64,000 nucleotides of DNA from Tagaea sp. (lineage in GTDB: Bacteria > Pseudomonadota > Alphaproteobacteria > CACIAM-22H2). The position numbers and the translations under genes are program-made. This document shows positions 10,505 to 19,225 of this stretch, piece by piece. Below the pieces are notes generated by a model that saw nothing but the letters and a program-made list of their open reading frames with translations, did not search any database and was not told the DNA's origin. Position 1 is the stretch's first letter, and every line of letters starts with the position of its first letter. The stretch covers positions 1,727,018-1,791,017 of the forward strand of contig CBDIIB010000005.1 of NCBI GenBank assembly GCA_965279525.1, in the 5' to 3' direction.

Positions 10505-12306
10505 AGCGGCGGCTGCGCGTCCTCGTCACCCGGCCGCGCGGCGAATCCGAGCTGTTCGCGGTGGCGCTCGCGATGCGCGGCCACGACGCGATCCTGGCAC
10601 CGCTGATCGAGATCGTACCCGTCGAAGGTGCGGCGATCGATCTTGCCGGCGTGCAGGGCGTGCTGTTCACGTCGGCCAACGGCGTGCGTGCCTTCGCGCA
10701 TGCGGTTTCCGGGCGCGACCTGCCGGCCTTCTGCGTGGGCGATGCGACGGCGGCGGCAGCGCGCACCGCCGGCTTCGCGCGGGTGGAAAGTGCGGCCGGC
10801 GACGTCGAGACACTGGCAACCCTCGTGCGCGACCGGCTGAAGCCGGCCGACGGCGCGCTCGTCCATGCGGCGGGCACCGTGGTGGCCGGCGATCTGGGCG
10901 GCACGCTCGAGGCGGCGGGGTTCGAGGTCCGCCGGGTCCAGCTCTATCGGGCCGAGACGGCCCAAGAACTGCCCGGCGAAGCGGCCGACGAGCTGCGCGC
11001 AGGCCGGATCGATGTCGTTGCCTTCTTTTCGCCGCGCACGGCGCAGACCTTCGCGCATCTCGTCGAGGCCGCCGGGCTCGGCGACACGCTCGAATCCGCT
11101 GACGCACTGGCGCTCGCACCGGGTACGCTGGCGCTGCTGCGCGAGGAAGGCTGTGCCTTCCGACGCGCGGTCGCTGCCGACCGGCCCAACGAGGCGGCCT
11201 TACTCGATGCCCTCGACCGTCTTGCGCAGGAGCCAAGCGTGCCGCCCGAACAAGCGCGTCCGAAGTTCGAACTGCCGCCCGCCGACATGCGAGAGCCCGA
11301 CATGCCGCCGCCGCGCGCCAAGCCGGCGAAGCAGCCGCCGCGCGCCGGAGCACTCGTGCCGCTGGCGACCGCCCTCGTCGTCGCGGTGCTCGGCATCCTC
11401 GGCTGGGTCTACTGGCAGCACACGCTGACCGGCGGTGCCGAACCCGGCCTGCGCGCGATCGAGCAGCGCCTCGCGGCCGTCGACCGGCGCATCGCGCAGA
11501 TGGAAGCGCGCCCGGCGGCGGCCCCTGCGCCGCGCGTCGATCTGGCTCCACTCGAAGCGCGGCTTGCCGCCGTCGAAGCGCGCCCACCTTCGGTCGCGGC
11601 GGCGCCGCCCGATCTTGGCGACCTGCCGGCAAGGCTCGCGGCACTGGAAGCGCGCCCGACTGCCGATCCGGCCACGCAGGCGGCACTGGCCGGCCTCATG
11701 TCCGAGAACCGTCGGCTCGCCGACGAACTCGCGCGCGTGCAGGCCGAGATCGGCCGCCTGCAGGGCGGCATCGTCGAGCAGTCGAACGACCGCATCGGCA
11801 TGCGGCGCGCCGAGCTGCGCCTTGCGGCAACCCAGCTGCGCGATGCGCTGGCGGCCGGCCGCCCGTTCGCGGGCGAACTGGCGCTGGTGCGCGACATCGC
11901 GGGCGAAAGCGTGCCGGCGTCGGACTTCGCGGCACTTGCCCCGCACGCGAAGGACGGCATCGAGACGCGCGCGAGCCTCGTGCGCCGCTTTCCCGCACTT
12001 GCCAATGCCGCCGTCGCGACGGCCCGCGCCGAACAGGTGCAGGGCCCGCTCGGCGAACTGATCGAGCGCGCGCAGGGCTTCCTGTCGATCCGCCGGATCG
12101 GCGACGTGCCGGGCGATTCGCCGGCGGCCCGCCTGGCGCGCGCCGAAACGCGGCTCGCCGCCGACGATCTGGCAGGTGCGCTCGGCGAGCTCGAAGGCAT
12201 CCAGGGCTCCGCGTGGGCGGCGCCCGTGCTGCCGTGGATCGAAACGGCGCGCCGCCGGCTGGCGGCCGAGCGCGCGGCGGCGGCCCTTGCCGTCGCCGGC
12301 GGCTAG
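10501..12306 (+). CDS. hemD: uroporphyrinogen-III synthase (HemD), read without a stop into a HemX/Mic60-like membrane-anchored coiled-coil protein
   Basis: GTG start overlaps the hemC stop (GTGA). The first roughly 240 aa are HemD-like (VLVTRPRGESE...VLFTSANGVRAF...VAFFSPRTAQ). The same frame then continues through a Pro-rich linker into a TM segment (ALVPLATALVVAVLGILGWVYW) and long coiled-coil/repeat region with no stop until 12304-12306. Confidence 0.6.
   Translation: MKRRLRVLVTRPRGESELFAVALAMRGHDAILAPLIEIVPVEGAAIDLAGVQGVLFTSANGVRAFAHAVSGRDLPAFCVGDATAAAARTAGFARVESAAGDVETLATLVRDRLKPADGALVHAAGTVVAGDLGGTLEAAGFEVRRVQLYRAETAQELPGEAADELRAGRIDVVAFFSPRTAQTFAHLVEAAGLGDTLESADALALAPGTLALLREEGCAFRRAVAADRPNEAALLDALDRLAQEPSVPPEQARPKFELPPADMREPDMPPPRAKPAKQPPRAGALVPLATALVVAVLGILGWVYWQHTLTGGAEPGLRAIEQRLAAVDRRIAQMEARPAAAPAPRVDLAPLEARLAAVEARPPSVAAAPPDLGDLPARLAALEARPTADPATQAALAGLMSENRRLADELARVQAEIGRLQGGIVEQSNDRIGMRRAELRLAATQLRDALAAGRPFAGELALVRDIAGESVPASDFAALAPHAKDGIETRASLVRRFPALANAAVATARAEQVQGPLGELIERAQGFLSIRRIGDVPGDSPAARLARAETRLAADDLAGALGELEGIQGSAWAAPVLPWIETARRRLAAERAAAALAVAGG
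11287..12306 (+). CDS. alternative interpretation: independent HemX/alpha-Mic60-like membrane protein starting at an internal ATG of the hemD frame
   Basis: In-frame ATGs at 11287 and 11302 immediately precede the TM helix. Domain organisation (N-terminal TM, coiled coil, conserved C-terminal region) and the hemC-hemD-X-hemY neighbourhood fit the alphaproteobacterial HemX/Mic60-like gene. Confidence 0.4.
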   Translation: MREPDMPPPRAKPAKQPPRAGALVPLATALVVAVLGILGWVYWQHTLTGGAEPGLRAIEQRLAAVDRRIAQMEARPAAAPAPRVDLAPLEARLAAVEARPPSVAAAPPDLGDLPARLAALEARPTADPATQAALAGLMSENRRLADELARVQAEIGRLQGGIVEQSNDRIGMRRAELRLAATQLRDALAAGRPFAGELALVRDIAGESVPASDFAALAPHAKDGIETRASLVRRFPALANAAVATARAEQVQGPLGELIERAQGFLSIRRIGDVPGDSPAARLARAETRLAADDLAGALGELEGIQGSAWAAPVLPWIETARRRLAAERAAAALAVAGG

Positions 12307-12313
12307 ACCCGCC

Positions 12314-13657
12314 ATGCGCCGGATCGTCGGCATCCTCGTCTTCGCCGCCCTGGCGATGCTGCTGGTCGCGTGGCTGGCCGAAGCGCCGGGCAGGGCGACG
12401 CTCGAATTCTCGGGCTGGCGCGTCGACACGTCGGCGGGCGGGCTCGCGATCGTCGGTCTTGCGGTGGCGCTCCTGCTCGTGCTCGCCGACCGGCTGTGGC
12501 GCTATCTTGCCGGCACGCCGCGCCGCTTCGTCGCGTGGCGCAAGGCGCGGCGCGAGAAGCGCGGGCTTACCGCCCTCACGCGCGGACTCGTCGCGGTCGC
12601 CGCGGGCGATGCGGCCGAAGCACGCCGGCAGGCGAAGCTTGCCGACAGGGCGCTGGGTGCCCCGCCGCTGACGCTGCTCTTGTCGGCGCAGGCCGCCCAG
12701 CTTGCCGGCGACGAGCCGGCCGCGCGCGGCTATCTGGAGGCGATGCGCGCCTCGCCGGAGACCGAGTTCGTGGCGCTGCGCGGCCTGGTCGCCAGCGCCA
12801 TGCGCGAGGGCGACAACGCGCGCGCGCTCGCCCTTGCGCGGCGTGCGCGCGAACTGAAGCCGGCGGCACCGTGGGTGACCGCCTCGCTCGTCGATCTCGA
12901 GACCAAGGGCGGGGACTGGGCGGCGGCGGCCGAAACGCTCGCGCGCGCGCGCAAGGCAAAGCTGCTCCCCGCCGGCCAGGCCGACGCGAACGGGGCGGCC
13001 GCGTTGCACGAACGCGCCCGCACGCTCGAAGCCGAGGGCGAGCTCAAGGCCGCCATCGCGGTAGCCGAGCGCGCGCTGCGCCTTGCCCCCGACCGGCCGG
13101 AGATCGCCGCGACGCTGTCGGCGTTCTATGCGCGCGACGGCCGCGCGCGCGCGGCGGGCGCCCTCGTCGAGAAGGAATGGACGCGCCATCCGCACCCCGA
13201 GCTCTATGCCGCCTATCGTGTCGCGAAGCCGGCGGAAAGCGCGCTGGCGTGGGTCAAGCAGGCGGAGCGGCTGGCGAAGCTGGCGCCTTCGCACCGGGAA
13301 AGCCACGCGGCCCTTGCAGACGCGGCCCTTGCCGCCGAGCTGTGGGGCGAGGCGCGCCGGCATGCGGACGCGGCGATCAAGGCGTCGGGTGGTGAAGCCA
13401 GTGCGGGGCTGTGCCGCTTGATGGCGCGCATCGCGCAGAGCCAGGGCGACGATCTTGATTCTGCCCGCGCGTGGCTGGCGCGGGCCGCCGAAGCACCGCC
13501 CGATCCCGCCTGGACGTGCCGGACCTGCGGCCAGCCGCATGCGCATTGGCAGGCGCTGTGCGGTGCATGCGGTGCGTTCGACAGGCTCGAATGGCGGCCG
13601 CCGGCGCGCGTGGCCGCCCCGCTCACGGCGATCGAGGCGATGCCGCCTTCGGTCTAG
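12314..13657 (+). CDS. hemY: HemY-like TPR protein (haem biosynthesis-associated, HemY_N domain)
   Basis: 447 aa from MRRIVGILVFAALAMLLVAWLAEAPGRATLEFSGWRVDTS. Two N-terminal TM helices followed by TPR-like repeats. Conserved position after hemC/hemD. Confidence 0.8.
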   Translation: MRRIVGILVFAALAMLLVAWLAEAPGRATLEFSGWRVDTSAGGLAIVGLAVALLLVLADRLWRYLAGTPRRFVAWRKARREKRGLTALTRGLVAVAAGDAAEARRQAKLADRALGAPPLTLLLSAQAAQLAGDEPAARGYLEAMRASPETEFVALRGLVASAMREGDNARALALARRARELKPAAPWVTASLVDLETKGGDWAAAAETLARARKAKLLPAGQADANGAAALHERARTLEAEGELKAAIAVAERALRLAPDRPEIAATLSAFYARDGRARAAGALVEKEWTRHPHPELYAAYRVAKPAESALAWVKQAERLAKLAPSHRESHAALADAALAAELWGEARRHADAAIKASGGEASAGLCRLMARIAQSQGDDLDSARAWLARAAEAPPDPAWTCRTCGQPHAHWQALCGACGAFDRLEWRPPARVAAPLTAIEAMPPSV

Positions 13658-15084
13658 CCCTTGCTTTCGGCGATCTTCTCGTCGATCAGGTTGAGACCCT
13701 CGACGAGGGTCTTCTCGGCCTTTTCCGCCCCCACGACCAGTTCGAGCATGCGCACGCTCGAATAGAGGTCGGCTTCGGTCGCCTCGCGGTTTTCCGGCAG
13801 CAGACCGCGCGAGCGCAGGTCGAAGAAGAGCTTGCCGGTGTGGCCGTCGATATGGCCCTCGACGCGCTTCAGCTCGTCCTTCAGTTCCTGCGACAGGCCG
13901 ATCTCGCCGGCGAACTTGGCAGCGAGCTGCAGGGCGAGCAGGCGGTCCTCGACCTGCTGCATCTCGGTGATGTCGCCTTCGCCCGTCGCCATCGGCGCCA
14001 GACGCTTCAAGTCGGCGAGCACGGCGGCGATCTCCTTGCCGGCGTTCTCGATGACGTTGGAGTTGATCATGTCCTTGAGCTTGACGCGCACGCGGTCGAG
14101 ACGGCGCGCGGCGGCGGCGCCCGACGTGCCCTTGAGCAGTTCCTTGCCCTTCTGGATGCCTTCCAGATGGTGGCCGATCTCGCGCGCGAGATCCTCGCGC
14201 ACGGTGATCTTGCCGTCGTTCGAGCCCGAGGCGATCTGGCGGCGCACTTCCTCGAAGCGCTGCTCCATGTCGGTGACCATCACCTCGGTCGTGATCGAGG
14301 CGAGCTCGCCGGTCGACCCGGCCATGCCGCGCTCGGCGACGCGCACGAAGATCGACAGGATCTCGGTCGGCTGGTCGAGGCGCGCCACGAGCGCGTAGAC
14401 GACGACCGGTGCGCGGATCTTCATCTTCTCGTCGACGGCCATGACGGTCTGGCCGATCGCGCCGATGTCCTCCTCGCCCAGCGCCACGATGGGCTTGGGC
14501 GGCAGGTTGTCGCGCATCGTCTGGATCTCGACGCCGATCTCCAGCACGTCGCAGACGTCCTGCAGGTCGAGCCACATCTCCGGCCCGCCGAGCTTGGGCA
14601 CGATCTCGGCGCGGTAGCCGACGTTCTTCTCGCCGCGCGTGATGATGTCGCGCAGTGCGCGCGCGCATTGCGGCCACAGCCGTTCGCCCAGCCCCAGCCA
14701 GCTCGCATGCGCGCGGCCGACATTCTTGATCTCGTTCTCGATCTGCTCGACCTCGGTGCGGCCGAGCTTGTCGACCATCAGGTCCCATGCCGGATTGATG
14801 ACGGCGCGCGCGATCTTGCCGATGATCTTGGGCTGCGTGGGCGGCGCGTTGGTCAGCATGTCCTCGAACGGCAGCGCGAACAGCCGCTTGGCGGTCATGC
14901 GCCGCACCGGGCGGACGAGCTGCAGGCGCGGGCGGAACTGGCCCAGCAGCGTCACGGCCGTGCTGTCGGTGTGGTTGCCCGCGCGCTTGCCCTCGAGGCT
15001 CCAGACGAGCTCGACGAGCGTCGCTTCGGGGATCTGCGACAGGCGCTGGGAAAGATCGCCGAGGGATTTTCCGACGTCGGTCAT
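13654..15084 (-). CDS. conserved hypothetical protein (476 aa, soluble, helical), second gene of a two-gene module
   Basis: Start MTDVGKSLGDLSQRL at 15084 overlaps the upstream gene's stop by 4 nt (ATGA). No TM helix or known catalytic motif found. Stop overlaps the hemY stop (convergent). Confidence 0.6.
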   Translation of the reverse strand: MTDVGKSLGDLSQRLSQIPEATLVELVWSLEGKRAGNHTDSTAVTLLGQFRPRLQLVRPVRRMTAKRLFALPFEDMLTNAPPTQPKIIGKIARAVINPAWDLMVDKLGRTEVEQIENEIKNVGRAHASWLGLGERLWPQCARALRDIITRGEKNVGYRAEIVPKLGGPEMWLDLQDVCDVLEIGVEIQTMRDNLPPKPIVALGEEDIGAIGQTVMAVDEKMKIRAPVVVYALVARLDQPTEILSIFVRVAERGMAGSTGELASITTEVMVTDMEQRFEEVRRQIASGSNDGKITVREDLAREIGHHLEGIQKGKELLKGTSGAAAARRLDRVRVKLKDMINSNVIENAGKEIAAVLADLKRLAPMATGEGDITEMQQVEDRLLALQLAAKFAGEIGLSQELKDELKRVEGHIDGHTGKLFFDLRSRGLLPENREATEADLYSSVRMLELVVGAEKAEKTLVEGLNLIDEKIAESKG

Positions 15085-16190
15085 GCGGCCTTCGCCTTGT
15101 AGCGTTCGAGGCGCGTGCGCAGGTCGGCGTCGATCGAGCCGGAGACCCAGTCTTCCATCGGCTTCACGAGCTTGCGCCGCTGCACGCCGATGTCGCGCAG
15201 CTTGTCGCGGCGCACGCCGGTGACCTCTTCCTCGGGCACGATGGGCACGATGCGCGCGAGTTCCTGCACGGTCGCCTGCTGGTCGAAGGCGGGCTTCAGC
15301 ACCGCGTCTTCCCACATCGCGACGAGCAGGTCCCAGCCGTCGAGCATCCAGGCGATGCGGCTGACGGCGAGGGAAAGCTCGGCGCGCGACTTTTCCCAGT
15401 TGAGGATCGTCTGGTCGATCTTCTCGAGATGCCCGTCGATGACGGCGAAATGCTCGCTGGCCAGCGCCGCCGTCTCGCGCGCGACGAGGCTGGCGAGCGC
15501 GCCCAGCGGGCTCGCTTCGGACCTGTCGACCTCCGACCAGCTGCCGATCGAGTTGGCGAATTCCTCGATGCGCGTGCGCATGCGCCTCAGGCGCGGCGGG
15601 CGCGGCAGCTTGGGCGAGCCGACCGGGCCGATCAGGTCCGACCATTCCTCGAGCTGCGCATAGAGCTCGTTGCCCTCGAGCTTCACCTTGTGCGCGACGC
15701 GCGCGAGGATGAGCTTGGCCTGCTGGCGGCCGGTCTCGCTCTGCACGTGCGCGAGCGTGATCTGCAGCTCGCCGCCGGAGAGCTGCCCCACGGTCTGCGA
15801 GAGCAGCGAGAAATTGATCAGGAGCTTGAAGTCCTCCTCGTCCTTCAGCATCGCCTTGGCCTGCTTGGCGGCGGCGGGGCCGGCGAGGCCGGTGGAGGCG
15901 GTCTTGAGCGTGGCGCGGCGGACGGCTTCGGGCGTCGAGGCGAGGGCTTCGCCGACGGCGCGATGCAGGACCCGGTCATGGACCGTCAGCGTGAACACGT
16001 CAGGAAGGTTCTTCCACTGCAGGATATAGTTGCCCTTGGCGCCCGAGGGGTTGGGTACCACCAGTTCGAGACTTTCGTGCCGGCCGCGTACGCGCGCCCC
16101 GACGATGATCGGCGTCGTGAACGGCACCGATGCCCCGCGCTCCGCGAACGACGGAGGCGCCCAGAAAGACTTCGATACCGCCCCGTCCAT
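15081..16190 (-). CDS. conserved hypothetical protein (369 aa), first gene of a two-gene module
   Basis: Start MDGAVSKSFWAPPSFAERG at 16190, chosen where coding-like sequence begins. The 649-aa six-frame ORF extension upstream is Arg/Pro-rich junk. Translationally coupled to the downstream 476-aa gene. Confidence 0.6.
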   Translation of the reverse strand: MDGAVSKSFWAPPSFAERGASVPFTTPIIVGARVRGRHESLELVVPNPSGAKGNYILQWKNLPDVFTLTVHDRVLHRAVGEALASTPEAVRRATLKTASTGLAGPAAAKQAKAMLKDEEDFKLLINFSLLSQTVGQLSGGELQITLAHVQSETGRQQAKLILARVAHKVKLEGNELYAQLEEWSDLIGPVGSPKLPRPPRLRRMRTRIEEFANSIGSWSEVDRSEASPLGALASLVARETAALASEHFAVIDGHLEKIDQTILNWEKSRAELSLAVSRIAWMLDGWDLLVAMWEDAVLKPAFDQQATVQELARIVPIVPEEEVTGVRRDKLRDIGVQRRKLVKPMEDWVSGSIDADLRTRLERYKAKAA

Positions 16191-16361
16191 TCCTCGCCTA
16201 AAATCCGCTCCGGCTTGCCGATTTGCTCTACGACCCGCGTTTTCCCACAAGACCTTAGCAGAAGGCAATCGGGCCAAGCCAGAGATAGACATTTCCGCCC
16301 CGGCAATGGCACCGGACTGGTGCGATCTCAAGTACAGGCGCGATTCGGAGAGGCCCCGGCC

Positions 16362-16802
16362 ATGAGCGATTTCGACCCCGCCCGGGAGCGCCCGGCCGTG
16401 CTTTTCGCCAACGAGGCGTTCTACCGGGCCTTCGCCGACCGCGATTTCGCGGCGATGTCGGAGCTGTGGGCGCACGACCTGCCGACGGTCTGCATACATC
16501 CGGGCTGGCCGGCGCTGGCCGGGCGGACAAGCGTGCTGGCAAGCTGGGAACGCATTCTTGGCGGCCAGCCACCCAAGATCGTCTGCCATCTGCCGGAGGT
16601 CCATTTCGTCGACCGGACGGCGCTGGTCGTCTGCTACGAGGCGATGAAGGACGACTGGCTGGTCGCGACCAACGGCTTTTCGCGGGCGGCCGACGGGCGC
16701 TGGCGGATGGTCTTCCACCAGGCCGGCCCGACGCCGCCGATGCGCGCCGAGGTCGAGATGCGCGCCGGCGAAGACGGCCCCGATACCAAGCTGCCGAACT
16801 AG
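16362..16802 (+). CDS. SnoaL-like / NTF2-like (DUF4440-type) domain protein
   Basis: 146 aa from MSDFDPARERPAVLFANEAFYRAFADRDFAAMSELWAHD, the typical N-terminus of nuclear-transport-factor-2-like proteins. Confidence 0.7.
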   Translation: MSDFDPARERPAVLFANEAFYRAFADRDFAAMSELWAHDLPTVCIHPGWPALAGRTSVLASWERILGGQPPKIVCHLPEVHFVDRTALVVCYEAMKDDWLVATNGFSRAADGRWRMVFHQAGPTPPMRAEVEMRAGEDGPDTKLPN

Positions 16803-17164
16803 CGCCGCCCGAACGAAGCGGCGAACAGGGCGGCCCAGCCGAGCAGGAAGGCGATGCCGCCGGCCGGCACCAGCGGGCCGAGCGCGATGTCGAGGAACAC
16901 GCGCGCATAGAGCCCGCCGCTGAACGCGACGCACCCCGCCGCGAAGAACAGCCCGGCAAAGCCCAGGCGCAGCGTGCCGCGCCGTTCGCCCAATGCCTCG
17001 ACGCCGACAAGGGCGAGCGCATGCAGGCACTGGTAGAGCGAGGCGGTGCGCACGAGCGCGATCTGGGACTCGTCGAGCGTGGCCGCGAGGGCGTGTGCCG
17101 CCGCCGCCCCCATCGCCACGCCGATCAGCCCGTTGAGGGCGCCAAGCGCCAACCAGATCCGCAT
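16799..17164 (-). CDS. DUF423 family membrane protein
   Basis: 121 aa with four TM helices. MRIWLALGALNGLIGVAMGAAAAH and GLFFAAGCVAFSGGLY resemble DUF423/YgdD-type proteins. Confidence 0.7.
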   Translation of the reverse strand: MRIWLALGALNGLIGVAMGAAAAHALAATLDESQIALVRTASLYQCLHALALVGVEALGERRGTLRLGFAGLFFAAGCVAFSGGLYARVFLDIALGPLVPAGGIAFLLGWAALFAASFGRR

Positions 17165-17229
17165 GGGATCAGTTTTGCACTAATGTTGCGAGGCGCGAAA
17201 GTGCGAGTCGCGAAAACAGGATCTGGAAA

Positions 17230-18015
17230 ATGGAGCGGGCACCAATGGACGACGGACTTCAGGGCAGGACGGCGCTGGTGACGGGGGCCTCGCGCGGCAT
17301 CGGGCTGGCGATCGCGAGCCGGCTGGTCTCGGCCGGCATGAACGTGACGCTGGTGGCCCGCTCGGCCGACGCACTTGCCGAACACGCGAAACGCCTGCCC
17401 GGCACGCTCGCCCACGGCGCCGACCTGCGCGAGCCTGGGGCGGCGGCGGCCGCGATCGCCGCGACGGTGGCGAAGTTCGGAGCACTCCACCTGCTGGTGA
17501 ACAACGCAGGGGCGACGAAGCGCGGGCCCTTCGCCGAACTCACCGACGCCGATTTCCATGACGGCTTCGCGCTCAAGTTCCACGGCAGCGTGCGGCTGAC
17601 GCGCGCGGCCTGGCCGCACCTGAAAGCGTCGGGCGGCGCGATCGTCAACATCATTGGCGGTGGCGGCAAGACCGCGTCGCCCGACTTCACGATCGGCGGC
17701 TCGGTCAACGCCGCCCTCTTCAACTTCACGAAGGCGACGGCACAGCTGGGCCTTGTCGACGGCGTGCGCGTCAACGCGGTCAACCCCGGCCATATCGAGA
17801 CCGGCCGGCTGACCGGACGGCTCGAGGCGGCGGCGAAGGAAGCGGGAGTCGGAATCGACGAAGCCCGCCGCCGCTCGCTCGTGGACCTGAAGCTGCCGCG
17901 CTTCGGCGACCCGTCGGAAATCGCCGAGGTCGTCGCGTTCCTCGCCGGCAAGCGCGCCAGCTACATGCAGGGCGCCATCGTCGAGGTCGACATGGGCCAG
18001 ACGCGCGCGATCTAG
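17230..18015 (+). CDS. SDR family oxidoreductase
   Basis: 261 aa. TGASRGIG cofactor motif and the NNAG motif of classical SDRs are present. Confidence 0.85.
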   Translation: MERAPMDDGLQGRTALVTGASRGIGLAIASRLVSAGMNVTLVARSADALAEHAKRLPGTLAHGADLREPGAAAAAIAATVAKFGALHLLVNNAGATKRGPFAELTDADFHDGFALKFHGSVRLTRAAWPHLKASGGAIVNIIGGGGKTASPDFTIGGSVNAALFNFTKATAQLGLVDGVRVNAVNPGHIETGRLTGRLEAAAKEAGVGIDEARRRSLVDLKLPRFGDPSEIAEVVAFLAGKRASYMQGAIVEVDMGQTRAI

Positions 18016-18330
18016 GGGCCGGCGGGACCGCAAATCATCAGGTTACGACCTGTTACCGTAACCAGTTTATCCCCTTGAAGTTATTACGATGTTACTGCAA
18101 CGCGCGTCCGTGCAACCGGATTTTCGCGGCACAGCGGGGCGCCGGAAGCGGGGGGTGGATATTCACTTGTCAAAGAGCACGGCGGACCAGTGGCGTAGCA
18201 TGCCGAAAACCCCCTCCGGTTGTCAAGAAAATAAACACACGACAGGAACGAAAGACCCCACGCGCCCTGTCACTTGCACCGCCCCCATCGCTCCTGTAGG
18301 TTCCCGCGCGATTTGAAATTGCCCCACAGT

Positions 18331-18405
18331 GCCGCAGTAGCTCAGGGGTAGAGCAGCGCATTCGTAATGCGCGGGTCGGGGGTTCAATTCCCTCCTGCGG
18401 CACCA
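18331..18405 (+). tRNA. tRNA-Thr (anticodon CGT)
   Basis: GCCGCAGTAGCTCAGGGGTAGAGCAGCGCATTCGTAATGCGCGGGTCGGGGGTTCAATTCCCTCCTGCGGCACCA. 7-bp acceptor stem GCCGCAG/CTGCGGC, anticodon loop TTCGTAA, T-loop TTCAATT, encoded CCA. Confidence 0.9.
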
Positions 18406-18534
18406 TTTTTTCCCGAAAAGTGCGCTAACTCGGGTCTCGCGAGTTTGACGTCGAAATCGGATCAGTGAGCATCCTCGGCAATCCATCAGTGTTGAGAATC
18501 ACTCCGCTATTGGTGCAGGAGAGGGCAGGCAGCG

Positions 18535-19182
18535 ATGACCAATCACCTCCTGCCTAAACTCGAAGATTGGCGATTCGTAGGTCTTGATCCTAAGCGAGAA
18601 ATGTATCTCCAGGAGCCAATCGACTACTCGGTGCTTGTTTTGAAAATCGTTCAAGATTCGATTGTATCGGAGCCCCGACGCGATTGTTGCGACGACAACC
18701 GCAAAGATGCACCGGGCTTCGGTGCCGCGCGTTGGATTTGGCGCGTTACTACGCCCCCGAAACTCTTTGATCTTTTTTACAATTCACGCTTCGGACTTCG
18801 CGCACACTACTGGGTGTCGGCTGAGTCCGGAAAAAAGGCGACTAAAACATTTCTTGAAGCAATGGACTCCAGAGCGCGTTCAATGTGCTCGGAACAAATC
18901 CGAGTCTTGGCGATGGAATCGTACTCATCCGACTCTTCGAAAGTCTGGCCATCGGAGGAGGGTTTGGAGGGCGAACGTGCTTTAACGGTGGAACGGTGGG
19001 CAGCCAGTGAGATGCAAAACAATACTCCGCACCAGTGGCGGTGGACACCGTGCCATGGTCAACTGGAGATTAAGGGCGGATTTAGACATCCAGATGGGCG
19101 CGAGCACGTTCCAATCAGCAAGCAGGATCGCGAAGATCGAATACATCTAACGGGTTGGTCGGGGCAGCGTCCTTACGAGTAA
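18535..19182 (+). CDS. hypothetical protein (ORFan) inside a low-GC islet next to tRNA-Thr
   Basis: 215 aa. The only long ORF in a roughly 0.8-kb segment whose GC is near 50% against about 70% background. No recognisable domain. Confidence 0.4.
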   Translation: MTNHLLPKLEDWRFVGLDPKREMYLQEPIDYSVLVLKIVQDSIVSEPRRDCCDDNRKDAPGFGAARWIWRVTTPPKLFDLFYNSRFGLRAHYWVSAESGKKATKTFLEAMDSRARSMCSEQIRVLAMESYSSDSSKVWPSEEGLEGERALTVERWAASEMQNNTPHQWRWTPCHGQLEIKGGFRHPDGREHVPISKQDREDRIHLTGWSGQRPYE

Positions 19183-19225
19183 TTTTCGCGAAGAGAGCCA
19201 CCCCAAAACCCGCTAAACTCCCCCA

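Noticed and set aside
9181-12306. 1041-aa six-frame ORF starting at 9181
   Set aside because: Only the part from the GTG at 10501 is coding-like (HemD onward). The upstream 440 codons overlap tsaD on the opposite strand and hemC in another frame, and are Arg/Pro-rich GC3 artefact.
11696-14788. 1030-aa minus-strand ORF across hemY and the 476-aa gene
   Set aside because: Arg/Pro/Gly-rich translation typical of antisense or off-frame reading of high-GC genes. Real genes (hemY on plus, hypothetical on minus) explain the region.
18016-18330. Possible second small gene or mobile-element remnant between the SDR gene and tRNA-Thr
   Set aside because: No ORF with coding character and no integrase or repeat. 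Most simply the tRNA promoter and leader region, though it is also compositionally atypical.
19100-19225. Sigma-54 promoter upstream of the flgE-like gene
   Set aside because: Only a GG-N8-GC arrangement was found, not the GG-N10-GC spacing of TGGCAC-N5-TTGC.
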